Counted from the first letter of the stretch, positions 47,423 through 60,760 are shown. The stretch: 64,000 nt of DNA from Chlorokybus atmophyticus (GCA_009103225.1 RHPI01000671.1:127531-191530), one strand, 5' to 3'. Notes: generated from the letters alone by a model not told the origin. Numbers and translations: made by a program.

Positions 47423-49177
47423 CTACGCTCTATGCCTGGCTAGGATAAACAGGTTCCCCTTGTTGTCTCGTCCTATCCGATGATCGTCATCAACATACCT
47501 GCATCGCAGCGTTCAGCCATGCCAACAACATAACACCTGCATAACTGCAGCACTCTACACCAGATGCCAACATCCGAGTAAACACCACACGAGTAAGAAA
47601 ACATTGACCAACTCACGTTATATCAAGCCACCCTTCGGGATTGAAGATGGAGAGCAGCAGGTCGTAATTCTTCTCGAATAATGAACGCAGCTGCAAGCAC
47701 AATGACGGGGTTAACCATGAATCACTGCACAGTAGTCACTGTGCAACAGAAGTACATATCAGAGAGCACCACACGTTGGTGAAAAACAACCGTGCTCAGC
47801 ATGCATATGTGCTGTATGCATTCACAAAGCACTGCAATCAAGTCACCATCTCTGGCTCCAGCGTTGCTTGCTCAAAGGTAATGTCAACTCTCTGCAGACA
47901 ATGCACACAAAGGTGTTAATGATAAGCCATGCAAGCATACCAGTGCATTGTAACATAAAGATGGCAGATATAGCTTACGGTTGGTGATGTCACTTGGTAT
48001 CGCGCTACAATGGCCAGTTCGCCCTTGATAAGACCCAAACCAGCCAGAAGGAACTCCACTGTGTTGTTTGCTAAACACTGAAAGCGGGCACATGCAAGAC
48101 TTAGTTGTATGTGTGTGCCGACTAGCGCGCACGCGCATGCACAAACACAACACGCACATGTGCGTGCGTGCGTGCATGCGTGCGTGCGTAAGCATGTGCA
48201 CCACCACACACAAGCATGAACGGTGAGTATGCTCAACCATGTAGCAGATACACGCACCAAGACAACAAACATGCAGCAATTTCCATGCGCGCACGTACCT
48301 GCTCTGTGTCTATGCTTTGGAACAGGTTGCCCAGCGTGATGAACCCTCTGAGGCCGAGCTTCGTGCGTCGCGAGCCTTGGATTGATATGGTCGTGTAAAG
48401 CAGCTGCCAGTCGCCCGCCACCTGAACGGTCCATAGTGAAGCGTCTGCGCTCATAGTATCAATCCAATGTGGCAAAACCCAACATGCTTCCATGGTGTGC
48501 ACTTGAGTCATTGAGCGCGCTGTCGTACCAAGCGAAGGTTTTCTGTTGGGTTGGGAACAGGGTTAAGTGCTTCCAAGGCTTTGGCCAGAGCATCGATCTC
48601 TGCACGCTTAGCTGATGTCACGCTGAATATGCCCCTGTCAGTGCCTGCAACACACGCATAGGCTTGACTGTGACACAGCCTCTTTGCAATTGAGTCTGCT
48701 TGCATTGCTTGAAGTGCTCTTCTCTATCCTCTCAATCCAAAATGTAGTGTGGTGGCTTATACACAAACACACGCGCATGTATACACAAAAGAAGACAAGT
48801 GGACAAACATAACATCAGCAGTGTATAGTATACTTGTCTCACACCTGAGTCTCACCTTCGATTGCGGCAAAGAGGGCGTCCTTGGCTGCAGCAATGGCGG
48901 GGGCATTGTCAGACACGATGGACGCCGAGGCCGAGGACAAGGCGGAGGTGGAGGCGGTGGAGGACGGGGATGAAGCGGAGGAGGAAGACGTGCCTGAGGA
49001 ACCCCGTACGCATTTAGCAACATCATGCCGCCGCAGTCGCTGCCGCCTGTAATGCTGTTGAACCACCGGCGCAGGGCGGCGGAGCTTGCTGCGAATGCTT
49101 CCAGGCTCCACCGACGACACCGACAATGCCGACAACGACTGCAATGCTCCGGTTGCCGCCGCCGCCGCCCCCGCCAT
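47423..49177 (-). CDS. FBN5: Fibrillin 5 (PAP/fibrillin family plastid-lipid-associated protein)
   Basis: Transit peptide, then [11 protein letters not shown]|[19 protein letters not shown]...NPVPNPT|[31 protein letters not shown]...|[25 protein letters not shown]|[19 protein letters not shown]; the GSxRTKLGLR and IFNPEG motifs are diagnostic of the FBN5 clade. Confidence 0.88.
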
Positions 49178-49325
49178 GCCGGCCTCCTTGTCAACCAACC
49201 TCACCGCCTCAGGCGGGTGTAGCGTGCCGTAGTTGCTGCTACTGTGCTGCTGGAGGCGGCGCAGTGGGAGGAGAAGGAGGAGGCGGCGGCGAAGGCGTGG
49301 CTGGGTGGCTTGGGTAGCTGCGGGC

Positions 49326-50277
49326 ATGGTGAAGCTGCAGTTAGAGTTCAGGTGAGTACAATTGTGCGAGTGCAGCAGAGTTAACACACACGCGAGCATG
49401 CGTGTGTGTTAACTCTGCTTTGATCTTCAACTGCAGCGGTGGGCTGGAGCTGCTGTTCGGCAACAAGAAGGCGGTGTCGGCGGATGTGCCGCCTAGCCAG
49501 CAGCAAGACGACGCTAACGGCAACGGGAACGACCACACCGACCAGGCAAACGGCGTGAAGGTCTGAGAACAGCTGTAGTTTCTGAAACATAACCACCTGC
49601 ACAAATGTGTCGCTGCTTGTCCTGAATAGCCTTCTCTCGCTCTGCATGTCACCAGTACGTGCTTGTGGATAATCAGGTTGGCAGGGTTGGTGCAACCTGC
49701 TATGTTGAAGTGCATGGGCACAGCTTGCTTTCCTGCGCATGATATGTGAGATTTGGCAATTGCATAGAAGCTCGAACCACGCATGCATGCATGATCTCTT
49801 GGTCACTCTGTGTATATCCTTTCTGCACACTGTGACCTTTGCAGCAGCAAGCAGAGAAGTAAGCAAGCTAGCACTACTCTTGTACTGGCGTTGCAGACAA
49901 CATGCCTATCACACAGTTGTGTGCTTGTGTGGCTGCAGTAACATGCAACCCGCATTGCACTATATGCTTGCAGGCGAGCGTTCGCGTTGGGGACTTATTG
50001 CTGTGGATGCGTGACAACCTGCTGCAAGAGAGGCCTGAGCTCTTCATCAAAGGAGACACTGTGTGAGTACTGACTGCTCATGCAACATGAGCACAACACG
50101 TGATGTACGGCGCTTGTTGTGTTGCAAGCAATGCTTAATGCCGCGCTCTTCTTATGCAGACGACCCGGGATTCTGGTGTTGGTCAACGACTGCGATTGGG
50201 AGCTGACAGGCAGGCTTGACAGCCGCGCTTGCGAAGGGGACTCCGTGGTTTTCATCTCGACATTGCACGGCGGTTGA
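49326..50277 (+). CDS. URM1: Ubiquitin-related modifier 1
   Basis: MVKLQLEFS|[11 protein letters not shown]...[23 protein letters not shown]|[17 protein letters not shown]...[10 protein letters not shown]. Confidence 0.96.
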
Positions 50278-51544
50278 GGTCATCATCATCATCGCTACAT
50301 TGGATCGCATGCACGAGGCACATCAGAAGGCACACTGTTGGCCGGCGGAGACTGTCAGCACAAACGCAATGCACTCAAGTTTCTTCTTGTCATCGACTGT
50401 GTCCCAGATAGAGGTATATATGTACTCAGTGTGCCGACACTGCTTGGCATTAGGGGTGCTAACTGACTATTACTGGCATGCAGGGTATGCTTGCTGTAGA
50501 AATAGCTGATGGCAGAGAGTGACTAAGAAAACTGGTTTAAGGCTGAGTTTTACTCTTGAATTGGGCATTTGGGTTAGGTACCAGTGGGTAAGCTGCACCA
50601 TACTTGTTGCACATGAGTGTACTCAGTCCTCCTATCTTTGGTACTTGGGCCACTGAGTATTAGGGTGATGCGCATATCCGCAACATGCCTTCAAACAGGA
50701 AGTAATGCATTGCCCTTCAGAGGCTTGATAAGCTGGTGCGTAATGCACTGACAACACTTGATGGCATCTGATATTCACGCACACACAGGTGAGTGACTGC
50801 CTTGGCGGTGCTGCAAGAACTTCTGCAGTGGTCGTAGTGGTTGTGGGCCTCCACTGTCGCTGCTCGCTTTGTGCACTAGCCTATGACTCCTGGCTGGGGA
50901 GTCTTGCTGCGGCTTGGCTATCTTTGTTATCATATCCCCTGCCTATTTTGGATGATGCAGGAAGGGACCGATCGTTGAGGATGAATCAGTGAGTGAAAGT
51001 GGCTACAACTTGCCCCTACACTACAGCTCAGCCGTCATGTACTGATGCCGTTGGCGTGTATGTGCATGTCTGCTTGCGTCCTGCACAGCGGCCTTTCATG
51101 CATTGAACTTGCCTATGCATGCAATACTGGAAGTCCGTTGGATAACAACACGGCAAATCTTATTACGCATACAACACCTCTTGAAATACTTGTCTTATAT
51201 TCACTATGTACATACTTTGATACTTGGTCAACCTATCCTCTTGTCTGAACGGACACATGGTTGCCGCCCAAGCGGCAACCGTCTGGTGCGTGTGCTTGGT
51301 TGACGGGTGGTCAACTTTAGTAACTACAGTGTGCAGCTGGCATCAATCGCCGCGATGGCGCCTGTCCTGCAAACATACCTCCATGGACCCGGTCCCATGG
51401 GGCATGTTGCGCAGCCTTCTGGAGCGCTTTCTGTATAGATATATGGCCAGCCTATGGCAGCCTACTTGAAACCATCCTGGACTCAACGGTGAAAGGAACT
51501 GGATTCCAAACTCGCTGCACGCAGTAGAAGCTGTGCGTGCATTA

Positions 51545-54500
51545 TCAATCTGGCAGGTACGATGTGAACATGCCATTGTTGGACTCCGACGGGAACGCTT
51601 GGGACATCTGGAACTCCCACATTGGCGCTGCGGCCATCATGCCTTGGCGGCAGTTGCCGTTGAAGTTGTGTGGGTACTGCATGGCGCCACCGCCGGGCAT
51701 GGGTCCCGCGACGTACTGCATGTTGGTGTAGTATGGGGCGCCCATGGGGGGGCCTTGCTGCGAGCCGTCATGCGGCGGGGCGCCCATGATGAAAGGCACC
51801 TGCATGATGGGCTGCATCTGCTGTTGGCGGCTGCCTTTGGTGTTAACTCGTGTGCGTCTGCTGTTGGTCTGCTGCGGACGCACCCAACGCTGCCGCTCCT
51901 GGCGAGACTCTTGGCGAGACACTGGACCCTGGACCAGCGGGAGCTCCTCCGCATCATCGAGCGCCACATTGGCGTTGGCGGGGTTGGTTGCACCTGTGAC
52001 AGGAGACATGTCACCGCCTTCACTGCGGTCCGAATGCGGGCTCTGGACCACTGGAGGTGAGTTCACGGGTGGGGACACTTGACGCGGCTGCATTGGAGGA
52101 GTCTGCGGTGTCTTCGGCTTTGCTTCGGCTTTGGGAGGCTCCGCAACTGCTTCGACCTTGCTTGAAGCGGGTGCTTCGCGTACGGGATCCCCAAACATGG
52201 AATCGTCGTCCGACCAGTCGCTCGCGGTGACGTCGGAGACGGGTCCGTCGACGGACTGAAGGCTGGGAGCTGCGCGATTCAGCGCTTCCGCAAATGCAGC
52301 ACGTAGCGCGCCAGTTATGCTTTTTGCGTCGCCAGTTGACTCGCATTCGGTGGTGGTGCGCAGCTGCTTGAGCACCTTATACCTAGCAGAGACATCTCGC
52401 TCGATGTAATAGATTGCATACCTGGCACAAGGCAGTGATTGTGAGTTCGAGTAATTACCAACAAAGAATGCAGCGCCTTCTGCGTTGCTTGAGACTTACC
52501 CGCCAGAAAGTGTGTCCGCTGCAATTCTGTACTTCGTTTCAATGCGCACGATGTTGCCATTCTTGCACATGCGACGGAACCGATAAAAACCGGTCATGCG
52601 GTCGTAATTGACGGTGCGACCCAATAGCAGCGCATCCAGTACGGGGCCTGTCATGTGTGTCCTGCAAAATGCAATTGTCAGGACAGCATGACAAACTGCG
52701 CTTGCCACAAAACGTTTGTATGCACAACTGCACACATAAGCACGCATATGACATCATCTGTGCACCTGATCTGTTCCAGGAGAAAGGCAAGCTTGGGGCG
52801 ATCTTCTGGGTGGACAGAGTCCACATACTGCAACCACATGACAAAAGATCAAGCTACCCTTCCAACTTCCAACTTGAATCAGAAGTTGTTATGCACGTCC
52901 TCTTACCGAGTGCCCTACAAGTTCGTCGGGTTTGATCCCAAGCACGTCGTTGCAGGCAGCAGATACCCTTGTGATCATCCCCTTTGAGTCTGTCTGAAGC
53001 AAAACATCTGGTGACACATCTTCAAAAAGCTTTGCCCGCGACCTCTCTTCCTCCATAGCCTTGCGCTCTGATACCGTCAACCAAACAGTCAATCATCCCA
53101 GCCATATACATATGTACATATGTAACAGGCGAGTCTTTCCGCGTGCAACAAAGTCATGTTGATAACGAATTGCTGGTCGCTTACCAGTGATGTCGCGTTC
53201 TACCACGACATGGCTGATCCTGCCCTTGGTCGTGTCATACTCCATGATCTGAGCACGGCCTTCGACCCAACACCAGCCGCCGTTCTTCTTCTTTTTGCGG
53301 TACTCAATGGTTGTTGTTGACAGCTTCTCTGGGCCCTGTGCAGTAGACATGCTCAGCTACAATTAACACAGCATAAAGTCCTGCATGAAGAGAAGAGCAA
53401 CTGCAGACAGAGATGCACGCCGTACCTGAGCAACGATCTCAGCGCATCTCCGTTTGGTGGCCTCAGCATCTTCTTCAATGATCATGTCATAGCCATTCTT
53501 GCCAATCTGTCAAACATCAAGCGTGAGCCCAGGTCTGCAATGCAGCGTTTGCAACACAACATATCCTCAACAACAAAACACCAATGGCAGCCAGCGGGTA
53601 CCAGTTCACTTGGTTTGTACCCCAAAACCCTCTCAACCGCACTGTTGACCGAAGCCACTGTGCCGTCATGGTTGAAAGCAATCAGGATGTCACCCGCAAT
53701 GCCCGAAATCAACTTGTTAATCTCAGCACCTGCAATGTCACATAAGGGGTGAGATGTAAACACCACAGCACTGCTCCACCCACAAGTGAGGATCAGTTTG
53801 CGCACCGCTGGCGAGAGCCCTCAACTCCGTGCAGTCCTTCTCAACGCTGAGGTACAGCACTTGGTCACTCAGCAACGAAACGCACTCCCGAATCTGTGCT
53901 TCTACCCACATCTCTGATCCATCAGCCTTGATCTGCGCCACCCAAGAAGTTCAGCAAATTGCACAAGGCTCATGCATACACTAGAGTTGGCAGGGCAAGC
54001 TTTGGTATTGTCAGTCCTGCTTACTCGGCAGAATGTGCGGGTGTCTTTGACAGTAGACCCCACCAAGCTGCTCAAGTAGACGCGATCCTCAGGAGCTACC
54101 GTGTCATAAACATGCTGCCCGACCTGCAAGCGCAGTAATCCACAAGCCCGCCATCAGCAAATCTTTAAATGCAAATGGCAAATGCATTTGCACTTGGCAC
54201 GCAGGAGGAAAGCTGCTGCCAACTATACTCATAACAGGCACAGGGACTTACCAGTTGGTCCGCCGGGACACCCAAAGCAGATGCTGAAATGTCGCTGACC
54301 ATGTGAATGCGACCTTTGACGTCATACAAGAAGCCACCAACAGAGGCCGCCTGTACGGTTGCACTCAGCTGCTGTACTGTCTCGCGCAGGTACTGTTCCC
54401 AGGTGCTGTCCTCCTCAAGTATGTAGAGAGAGCCTTCAGCGCGCACTGCTCGGGCGTTAATGAACTTGTACGTGCCATCTGAAGCCAAACGTCTATACTG

Positions 54501-56898
54501 CATCTGCAGGATTGGAGATGTTGACTTGGTGTCGGTGACCAATGTCGGTTTTGCAATTGACGGCTGCAACATCTCAGGCAACAGCGTCATGGACTCGCTC
54601 ATAACGTCTGGGAATCATCACAGACTTGTTAGTACAGACTGTTTACTAGCTCACTCAGACAAAGCCAAGCAGATACCCTGTCTGAGCATCCTGCCCCGCA
54701 AGAAGCGACACACAGCAGGTATCACAAGCACATTTCCTCTGCATGCCTGATGTGGGGACAAGAGTTTCCGCGGCACCGCGCCAGCTGTCAGCAGTAAGCA
54801 ACATCTTGATGCGCCACTGATCGCCTTCGACCATGCGCTCGTAGATGGATGCGCCTTCAACCATTCCGGGGCCAGGTCTGGAAGCACTGACTATGAGCCC
54901 CGTTTTGCAGTCCAGCTCGCACAAGTTATACTTGCCAGAATGCAAAAGCAGCTGCAGCTGCTTAGCCCTGCAATCTGCAATGGCAATCAGCATGCAGTCA
55001 GTCCATGAGGATATCGGGCAATTGGGGCGCTAGCACACCTTCGAATTGGCGGGAGGCGGCATCGGTTTGACAGGAAGCATCCGCAATGCCAGCTTCTTGG
55101 CACTTTGACTCATGCGGTTGGCTGAGTTCTGCAGTTCAGCACATGTTACGTCCCTCGAGTACAGGTGCGAACCAACCAGCAAGGCTGCATACCTTGTTTC
55201 GTTTGACAGGCAATACTGGAGCTTACTTCGACAATCAACACTGCAACAAATAAGCATCAGGCCAACTGTGTCAAGGCCTCATGCAAGCGTGTTCACCGAG
55301 TTGCAAACCTTCAGTCTGAGCAGATGCATCGACAAGTACTGGGGCTCTTGTGTCTGACACCTCTCCTTGTTGAACACTGCTGCCCTGCTTTTCAGACTCT
55401 GCCTTCTTCTTCTTCTTCTTGCGTAGAGAGTCTTTGACGCTAAGTGTGGATTTGCCATCAACTCCGTCCTGCATCACACAGCCAAGTTAGAGAAGCTGCC
55501 TCGAGCTGTGCCATAACGGGTAGTGTGGGTGCCGACCTGATCAGGTGACTGCAGAGCTATTGCGTCCTTCAATACACGTTTCACTTCTGGGTTCCAAGCA
55601 ACCTGTGCAACATTCCTGCCATTGCACTCTATTGGTGCGCCTGCCCTCAATAACATGCGAACGGCCTCCACATGACCTGAAAACAGAAGTCGCTGTGAGT
55701 CTAAGTGCATGCGCTGCAGTACTTACCTAGAGGCACCAGCACAAGTTTCAAGCATGAGCGTTGCTTGCCTTCTCCAACAGCGTAATCCAGAGGACGCAAG
55801 TCCAAACCATCCACAACATCCATTATCTCCGGATCGTGCGCAAGCAGTGCCTCACAAGCAGCTGCTTCACCGTTTTTTGCTGCAAGAGTCAAGGCATGTG
55901 CACCTTGGTTGTCCACTGCCAGAATGTCTGCTCCCTTTTTCAACAGGAGCTTTATGACGGACACATTGCCAGCCTGCCAGACAACAGAAGCAGTTGCACC
56001 ACTGTCGTGCGCAATGCCCAGTAAAGGCGGTGGTGACCAACTACACGCTGAAAGTGCGTTGCTAACACTTTGCATCTATTCTATGTGCCAGTGTCATTGT
56101 GCGGTCAGCAAGAATCAAACCCCTACCTCCGCAGCTAGAAGCAGACTGCATTTGCCATCTTTATCTCCCATGTGAGGATCAGCCCCAAGACCCAGCAAAC
56201 ATGCAACCATCTTCCCTTCCGGATCCGACTGCGACGCCAGCATGAGAGGTGTCCGCTGAGACGGGCCAACTGGCTGCTCCAGGGTTGCACCCAATCCCAT
56301 CAGGGTGTGGACCTGCAAGCATGTCCAGGTAAGCTAAGGCAACATTGCATTGCTACCCAGCAGCAGCTGTAGTGGTAGTAGTAGTAGTACATTCCTGGGC
56401 AATATCCCTCTGGTCTGCCGGCATGAGTAACAACGTTGAGATGGCTGCTGCCTACCATGTTCATGTCGCCGAGTTCAGCGGCAAGAGCTAGGGCTGTTGG
56501 CGAGTTGGGGGTTCTTGTGCTGTTTACAAGTTCAGCAGTGCGTCCACCGAGGGACTGGGCAGTCCACTTGTCACCTGCTAACACGGCCAGTCTGAAGAAG
56601 CCGGCACCATCAATGGGCATGTCCCTCTGACGGTCGATCTGCGCGCGGAGTGCGTAAATGTCAAGTCACAAATGTCTGCATGCTTAACAACACGTGGGTG
56701 TACATGTTTAGCATTGAGGAAGCTCACCTCTTGAAGCAGCAGTGCTAGTAACGACTCGTCACGCGATGAGAGGCGCTGCGACAAGTTCACGAGTGCTTGG
56801 GCAGTAACGCGGTTGAGCTCGTCTGCGTCCCGGCTTCGCACAACCTTGCTTGATTTGGCCAATGTGTTGCTGCGCGCAACGTCACTAACCCTGCCCAT
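51545..56898 (-). CDS. Ankyrin-repeat + four PAS/PAC domain protein with a low-complexity tail and no recognisable catalytic output domain
   Basis: ANK repeats (PTALALAAELGDMNMVHTLMGLGA; TPLMLASQ; AGNVSVIKLLLKKGADILAVDNQGAHALTLAAKNG; RPLDYAVGEGHVEAVRMLLRAGA) splice in phase to PAS/PAC units (VGQHVYDTVAPEDR; VNSAVERVLGYKPSELIGKN...WCWVEGR...ERDITERK; VSAACNDVLGIKPDELVGHSYVDSVHPEDR...ERDVS). The 3' end could extend by further splicing. Confidence 0.8.
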
Positions 56899-58399
56899 AG
56901 ACCGCAAGTGTTACATGACAATGTATACCAAGCCAGTACTCCTGGAAGCGCCCACAATGTACCAGTACCATTCCACAAAGCAGATTTATGCAACAGTCGG
57001 AGTGTGAGCGTCTGTGCTACTGCTACAGCATACCAACAATGCAATGGCCACAGCAGCCTGTCAATGCTCAAGCTGCCACAAGCGAGTGCGCAATGAAAAC
57101 TGGGAAGCACGCCACACAACGCTGTAAATTGTGAAAGTGAGCGAAACGAGCTGTGAGAAATCACAATCAAGCAGCTCAGCACATCCTGCACCTGCTGTGA
57201 CCGGCTGCATGGCAAACGCAAGGGCAGCCAGTTGCATTGCAGGCGAGAGGCGCCATGACGGGTTCCCCTAACCCTAGACGCCCGGTTGGCCACCAATCAG
57301 CAGCTAAGCTGCCAGTGCTGCCACTTAGCCAGCAATGCACAGCCAGGATAGCGGCCAATGCAAGGCGCCCACCACACCGCCACGCTGGTGATCATCACCC
57401 TCCTCCCCGTCCCCCACGTTCCTCCCTCCCTCCCCGCCTCCCCCACCCTCAAGCCAGCCACTCCGCCTCCACCACCCTGCGCCACATCCACGTGGCGGCG
57501 GCCGCGGCGGCGACGGATGGTAAGGACCAGGCCGCGGGCAACTGCACTGTCCTAACCTTGGCAGGTGCGCTGCGGGCCAATAATAAAGCAGTGTCACACC
57601 CTAACGTTAACAGCTGCTGCCTGTGAGGGGACTTAGAGCCCTCATGTCAAGGTCATCATGATGTCATGTGCACCATGATGTGGTGCTAGCAGGCAAGGGG
57701 AGCCGCCCAGATTGAAGCCAGGACTGACTTTAGAAGACAGTCATCCGTCTCGAGTCGTAGCTTCCGACGGCGGTTGACAAATCGCTTTCCATGCATTGCA
57801 TTGAAGACGATGTAAGTGTTGGGCCTTGTCTGACACAACCGCTTGTGGCAACGTGCGTGTTATCAGAAACGTGTTGCAGCTATCAAGTGTACCCCCCTCT
57901 ACCCCCCGCCGAACGGGGGCATGTATTCATCTACCATAATAATAGGTGACAGGCTGCAACGCATGTATGGGGCTCCAAGCAGCTTTGTTGTTTTTCGTTT
58001 TCTCCCATACTGCCGGGCATCGCGAGGGATGCCTCAAGCATTCATCCCTCACATTAGAGCATTGTCGCACGATAACATCGTCCGATATTGGCTAAACCCT
58101 ATCAAATGCAAGGTGCTCGACCTCAAGGTTTAAAAAAAACATATGTGTTATGTCAACGGGTAAGGCTTAGCCTACAGATGGTATACTAGCTCAAAGCTTA
58201 ACGTTCACATCGATGTGGCCCGTACCCTTCAACAGACGAGTCTGCAAAGCAAAGCTAAAGTTTGGTTGGTCAGGTTACGAAGTAGTACAGATTCAATTAA
58301 GTTAAGGCTCAGCCTTATACATCGAACCATGCTTAGAGCTGTACCGAAGTATGAGACCCATAGGCTGTGGCAGCATGACATGGGCGCTCCAGAACAGCA

Positions 58400-59900
58400 T
58401 TAGCCATGTACAATGCAACCATATATTATGCCAAAGGTGCCTGAAGCTATGATGACATGTTGGGATAAGTTGTATGTGTTACAATATCAATTGCATGTTA
58501 TATAAATTGTGTCACTGTTACAACAACCATTTACAAGCTAGTTAAGTTAACAGCACACGTCATTAGTTATGCAACAATATACAACAACTGAAGACCAGGC
58601 CTACAGCTGAACAGTGCTCAACTGTAGTTAAACACTGTTCAACTGTAGGTGTGACACCATGTAGCAGCAGCAGCACATGCTTGTGACAACCTCATACAAA
58701 CATGTAATCAGAAGAAGGCTTGACATTGTATGAGCAGCATTGCATAGCAAGAGTAACAGCAACAGTAATACATGCAAGGCTTGAGACTGCCTGAGTCACA
58801 ACTCACATATGTGTATATACACAAAAACTAACTGCCAGTTAGTTTAGCATTTGCATTAGTATAGCGACAACAGTGTTGTCGCTAACACACCTGTGCTAAT
58901 GCACAATGATGCAGCAGCGAGATATCATAACAAACCATTTACACATGGCATTTGTTAACATGTGTTGACACAATCAGGGTGTGAAAGGCAGCATTAATGC
59001 ATACTATCAATGATTAGTAATCATTAAAAAACACAATATTACTTACACAGCCTGGTTTAATACAACTTGAATGTATGACATACACGGATGGTGATTAGCC
59101 TAATGCTGTGCACAATTCCAAGCAACTTGCCTTATGGAAGGAAGACGTGTGGAGCCTGGTAGGCACATGTCGTGTCGTCCCTATTTATGATTCCAGTGCT
59201 TATCAGCGCAATCTGTTACAACTATCGCTGATATGTAATAACATTAAGTAGTTGGTCTGCATGACGTGCCAAGCGCAGTGGTTAAATTGGCGTGCGCAAT
59301 ACAGAGGGGACATCACGCAGCAGTGTTGGTGACCTCAAGATGACTTCATAATCACAATAAAGTGGCTAAAATTTTCGCCGCCCTGCTTTTGCCTATACAA
59401 TTATGTCTTCATTCTACAAGTGTAAAACGGCGCCTTCACCACTAGGCTATAACAGTAATGTTTGCTGCCATATGAGGAGCCACATGTCTCATGTATCATT
59501 TACCAATATGAAGCATGATGCTTTTTGTATCTGTTACAACAAGCTGCAAATTTCTCGTAAGCATTACATTATGTCAAGGCTGCATCTGCAACGCATTAAT
59601 TGTGTTGTTATTAATTTGCGTATTATGTTGGTAATTAGCAACGCATTCACTTGTGCAAGTATACCTTGCAGAATTCATTCATTCATGGTTTTACAATAAG
59701 TACCTCGTGCACAAAACAATATGTATTTTGTAAAGCTACTTATGCTCACATTCTATGAGTTGTATAAACTTGTGAACGATTGTTGCATATTTAATAAAAC
59801 AGCATTAAAAAGTCGAACATGTTGATATAAGGCATTTAATGTTATTTTTAGTGTTTACATATTGTTGTGGGGCAACGGTGACCATATGCATGGGTTGAAG
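58400..59900. other. AT-rich, CpG-poor decayed island
   Basis: TG/CA-rich, few CG, no credible ORF; contains a SINE-like head; boundaries approximate. Confidence 0.5.
59405..59490 (-). repeat. Degenerate tRNA-derived (SINE-like) repeat head, copy 2
   Basis: Minus strand TAGCCTAGTGGTGAAGGCGCCGTTTTACAC; shares flanks with 33600-33690. Confidence 0.55.
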
Positions 59901-60321
59901 ATGGTGAGCTCAGCTGACCGAAAATAGGACCCCAACTCCTTCCCCTCCTTTTCTTGAACACCCGGCACTCCCTTCAGAGGCAGTAAAACCCAACATTTGA
60001 GTGCAGCCTAGGGCGATTGCGTACCCATGTAATAATCCAATTGTTGCTAATGATCATGAGCAGACCTCGCCCGACAATCGCCCACATCACTTTGGGCATA
60101 CATATAAATCATTTGCCATTATCGTCCTGGCCGCGACGGCCGTTGATATCGCCATCGAATAATGACAACTTGCCGTTTAGCACTACACATGGAAAAGTCA
60201 GCGCGATCATTGGTGGTCACAACCGTTATGACCGCCAATTTATAGCTCAGGACCACATTCATGGCCATGCGTCTTCAGTATGGCATGAACGACACAAGAC
60301 CATATATGGTCCACCGTCATG

Positions 60322-60760
60322 ACCTCGTCCATGGTTCGCAAACCATACTAGTGTGAATATAACTGAGAATAACGACCAGTGTAGTGTGAATTTTCAGCAT
60401 CAACATGGTCATATTTGAACCATGCGTGGTGATGACATTCATGATCAGAGCGGCAAAACAGTCACACCGTATATAATTCAGCGTCATCACCTCGTCCATG
60501 GTTCGCAAACCAAACTGGTGTGAATATAATTGAGAGTCATGACTAGTGTGGCATAACATTTACACCAATGTGGTCGAGCATGCCACGCTCGATATGACTT
60601 GACCATACCACATGTGGTCTTGCATGTCATCATCGAGCATGGCACGACAATCACACCACATGTGATCTTGCATATCATTGCCTGTATGGCACGACAGTCT
60701 CACCACTTATGGTCTTGCATGCTGTCACCAGTATGACATGACAATTACGCCACTTCTGGT
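60322..60760. repeat. Degenerate tandem repeats: about 65-bp unit twice (period about 168 bp), then about 47-48-bp unit three to four times
   Basis: acctcgtccatggttcgcaaacca...gtgtgaatataa at about 60325 and about 60490; ccacatgtg(g/a)tcttgcat...atggcacgaca units at about 60600-60750. Confidence 0.75.

Noticed and set aside
51343-51576. Additional 3' coding exon giving the ANK-PAS protein an output domain
   Set aside because: A possible acceptor exists, but none of the three frames shows a recognisable domain; not supported without cDNA.
57880-58140. Transposon terminus (cccccgccgaacggggg hairpin)
   Set aside because: No matching opposite terminus or TSD found in the window.
60322-60760. 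CRISPR-like array
   Set aside because: Units are degenerate, lack unique spacers of constant length, have no cas genes nearby, and the DNA is eukaryotic.
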